NCBI GenBank assembly: GCA_958418185.1
Contig: CATZEP010000001.1
Coordinates: forward strand, 13,103-77,102
Direction of reading: 5' to 3'
Origin: an uncultured Collinsella sp.
Lineage (GTDB): Bacteria; Actinomycetota; Coriobacteriia; Coriobacteriales; Coriobacteriaceae
DNA length: 64,000 nucleotides
Each line of letters opens with the position of its first letter. Within the stretch, counting starts at the first letter, position 1. The notes under the pieces are model-generated. The model was not told where the DNA came from. It searched no databases and saw nothing but the letters and a program-made list of their open reading frames with translations. Position numbers and translations under genes: made by a program. Shown here piece by piece: positions 61,444-64,000 of this stretch.

Positions 61444-64000
61444 TCACAGCAGCTCGCCGTGGCGGGCAATGTAGCGGCGCTTTGCCAGCTGGGTGAGCGC
61501 GATATAGGCGGTGACGATGCCAATGAGCAGCCCAAAAAAGCTCGTGGGCAGCGTCATGAGGCCGAGCGCATCGGCGATGGGGCTTGCCGGCAGCCAGGTG
61601 ACAAGCGCCAGGCCTAGCACGGTGAGCGCGCACAGTGCCGGCGCGGCGTGGTCACGTAGGCTCGGCAGGCGCGGGGAGCGCAGCATGTGGATCACGAGCG
61701 TCTGCGACCACATAGACTCGATAAACCAGCCACTCTGGAAGAGTGCGGCAAAGGTCGCCATACCCGCGACGCTGCCCGTCCCGGAGAGCTCGGACCAGCT
61801 TGCGCCCACGGTGGCGGGGCACACCACAAAGAAGAGCGCGGCGAAGGTCACGATGTCAAACAGCGAGCTCACGGGGCCCAGCTCGAGCATAAAGCCCTTG
61901 ATGGACGCGGCGTCCCAGGAGCGCGGACGGGCGGTCCAGACGTCATCGACGGTGTCCCACGGTAGCGCGATGCACACGATCTCGTAGACGAGCGACAGCA
62001 GCACCAGCTGCAGGGCACTCATGGGCAAAAACGGCAAGAACAGGCTCGCGACGGTCACGGAGAACACGTTGCCAAAGTTGGAGCTCACCGTGGTCTTGAG
62101 GTACTTGAGCAGGTTGCCGTAGGTGCGGCGGCCTTCGATGATGCCGCGCTCGAGCACGCCTAGGTCCTTCTGAAGCAAGATGATATCGGCGGATTCCTTG
62201 GCAATATCGACGGCCGAATCGACCGAGATGCCGCAATCGCTCGCACGCATGGCGGCGGCGTCGTTGATACCGTCGCCCATAAAGCCCACGGTGTGACCGA
62301 GCAGCTCGCGCATGACGCGCACCAGGCGTGCCTTCTGCAGCGGCGAGAGCTTGGCGAAGAGATGGGTTTTCTCGGCGCGCTCGGCAAGCTCGGCATCATC
62401 GAGTGCATCGATCTCGGGGCCGAGCAAGACGTTGCTCGCATCGATACCGATCTGCTCGCAGACGGTGGCGGCGACGCGGTCGTTGTCGCCGGTCAGGACC
62501 TTGACCGCTACGCCCTTGGCCTCGAGGGTGGCGACGGCGCCCGCGGCACTTGCTTTGGGCGGATCGAGGAAGGCCAAAAAGCCCATCAGCACCATGTCGC
62601 ACTCGTCGGCGATGCCAAACTCGCCCGCGCAGCGCGGATCGGTCTTCTGCGCCACGGCAATCACGCGCAGGCCCTCGGCGTTAAGTCCGTCGACCCGCTT
62701 GCGAATCTGGGCGAGCTTCTCGTCGGTGAGCGGCTGAGCGATGCCATCGACCTCGACAAAGGAGCAGATCTCGAGCATTTCCTCGGCAGCTCCCTTGGTA
62801 ACCATCTGGGTTTTGCCTTGGGAGTCGGAGACAACTACGCTCAGGCGACGGCGCGAGAAATCGAAGGGAACCTCGTCGACCTTGGTATAGCGGTCGCGCA
62901 GGCTCTGGCCCAGCATGGAATCGGGTGCGATGGTCGAGGGCGTCACATCGGCGCGGTCGATAACGGCCAGGTCGATAAGGTTTTTGAGGCCGGTCTGGAA
63001 GAAGCTGTTCAAAAACGCATGGCGCAGCACACGCGTGTCCTCGTTGCCGTCGGCGTTGAGGCAGCGCTCGAGCACGATGCAGTCTTCGGTGAGGGTGCCG
63101 GTCTTGTCGCAGCACAGGACATCCATCGCGCCGAGGTTTTGAATCGCTGGCAGTTCCTTGACGATAACCTGGCGACGGGCGAGGTCCTTGGCGCCCTGCG
63201 ACAGGCTCGTGGTCACGATGACGGGAAGCATCTGCGGCGTGATGCCCACGGCCACGCTCGTGGCGAACAGCAGCGCGTCGATGGCGTTGCCCTTGGTGGC
63301 GGCGTTGATGGCAAAGACGGCCGGCGCCATAACGAGCATGAGGCGTACGAGCAGCATGGAGACGCTCGAGACGCCGCGGTCAAACGCGCTCTTCTCGCCG
63401 CGCCCGTTGAGCATCTTGGCGATGCCGCCCAGGTAGGTGTCCGAGCCGGTGGCAACGACAAGCGCCACGGCGGTGCCGTTTTGCACGGAGGTGCCGGTAA
63501 AGACGATGTTCTTGCAGGCAGAGAGCGGCAGCGCGGAGCCGTCGGCACCATCGACGACGGTGATGGCAGCGGTCTTCTCGACGGCCTCGCTCTCGCCGGT
63601 GAGTGCGGATTCGATGACAAACAGGTCGCGCGCGGTGATGACGCGGGCATCTGCCGGCACCATATCGCCGGCAGAGAGGCGGATCACATCGCCGGGGACG
63701 AGCTCGTCGAAGAGGATTTCGATGCGCTCGCCGTCGCGCAGGACGGTGCAAGTGTTGGAGACCAGGTCCTTGAGGGCCTCTGCCGCATTGCCGCTGCGGG
63801 CTTCCTGGATAAACTTCATACCGCCCGATACCAGCAGCATGATGCCGATGACGATGACCGTGGAGGGGTCGCGCTGCGGCTCGGGCACGGCGAGCACGTC
63901 GATGTAGAGCGAGACCAGCGCGAGCGAGGCGAGGATGCCGGCGAAGGGGTCGACAAAGGCGTCGGCGATGCGGCGGGCGAGCGTCTTGGTCGGTGCCTCG
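61444..64000 (-). CDS. mgtA: Mg2+-translocating P-type ATPase; 5' end outside the window
   Basis: LTGES, AVGITPQMLP, CCDKTGTLT, VPFDF..RR, TGDN, GDGINDA, SSNFGN, FQSGWFIES. Confidence 0.93.
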   Translation of the reverse strand, partial: EAPTKTLARRIADAFVDPFAGILASLALVSLYIDVLAVPEPQRDPSTVIVIGIMLLVSGGMKFIQEARSGNAAEALKDLVSNTCTVLRDGERIEILFDELVPGDVIRLSAGDMVPADARVITARDLFVIESALTGESEAVEKTAAITVVDGADGSALPLSACKNIVFTGTSVQNGTAVALVVATGSDTYLGGIAKMLNGRGEKSAFDRGVSSVSMLLVRLMLVMAPAVFAINAATKGNAIDALLFATSVAVGITPQMLPVIVTTSLSQGAKDLARRQVIVKELPAIQNLGAMDVLCCDKTGTLTEDCIVLERCLNADGNEDTRVLRHAFLNSFFQTGLKNLIDLAVIDRADVTPSTIAPDSMLGQSLRDRYTKVDEVPFDFSRRRLSVVVSDSQGKTQMVTKGAAEEMLEICSFVEVDGIAQPLTDEKLAQIRKRVDGLNAEGLRVIAVAQKTDPRCAGEFGIADECDMVLMGFLAFLDPPKASAAGAVATLEAKGVAVKVLTGDNDRVAATVCEQIGIDASNVLLGPEIDALDDAELAERAEKTHLFAKLSPLQKARLVRVMRELLGHTVGFMGDGINDAAAMRASDCGISVDSAVDIAKESADIILLQKDLGVLERGIIEGRRTYGNLLKYLKTTVSSNFGNVFSVTVASLFLPFLPMSALQLVLLSLVYEIVCIALPWDTVDDVWTARPRSWDAASIKGFMLELGPVSSLFDIVTFAALFFVVCPATVGASWSELSGTGSVAGMATFAALFQSGWFIESMWSQTLVIHMLRSPRLPSLRDHAAPALCALTVLGLALVTWLPASPIADALGLMTLPTSFFGLLIGIVTAYIALTQLAKRRYIARHGELL

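Overview
High-GC bacterial chromosome segment. Gene content, AGAAAGG/GGGGA Shine-Dalgarno sites and codon usage resemble a gut Coriobacteriia such as Collinsella (inference, no search run). About 48 CDS; no rRNA, tRNA, CRISPR, integrase or transposase seen. Left part: two ABC exporters, an Fe-S protein, hydrolases, CorC/CNNM, a stand-alone cyanophycin-synthetase N-domain, a PRC-MgtE-CBS plus Nramp-like Mg2+ locus, an OatA-like acyltransferase, ribokinase and nucleoside hydrolase. From 24 to 61 kb is a carbohydrate region: a BglG/RAT-controlled PTS-GH1 cassette; LacI plus fucose-isomerase-family, split transketolase and FGGY kinase; a second GH1; a second PTS next to a DUF4038 (GH140 apiosidase-like) protein; and TetR-MFS-DUF4038-ROK. 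It is interrupted by luxS, two stand-alone ATPase genes, a two-kinase signalling operon and an SPFH/zinc-ribbon operon, and the window ends in mgtA. Main leads: (1) a probable PTS-fed apiose/apiosyl-glycoside regulon linked by a shared 16-bp operator; (2) a strand-specific C-to-T synonymous signature next to a perfect 28-bp inverted-repeat hairpin element; (3) an ATPase gene bracketed by ~247-bp direct repeats that duplicate a gene 3' end and carry alternating palindromic arrays; (4) a Pro/Arg uORF leader ahead of a degenerate MgtE plus Nramp pair; (5) several REP/MITE-like palindrome families.
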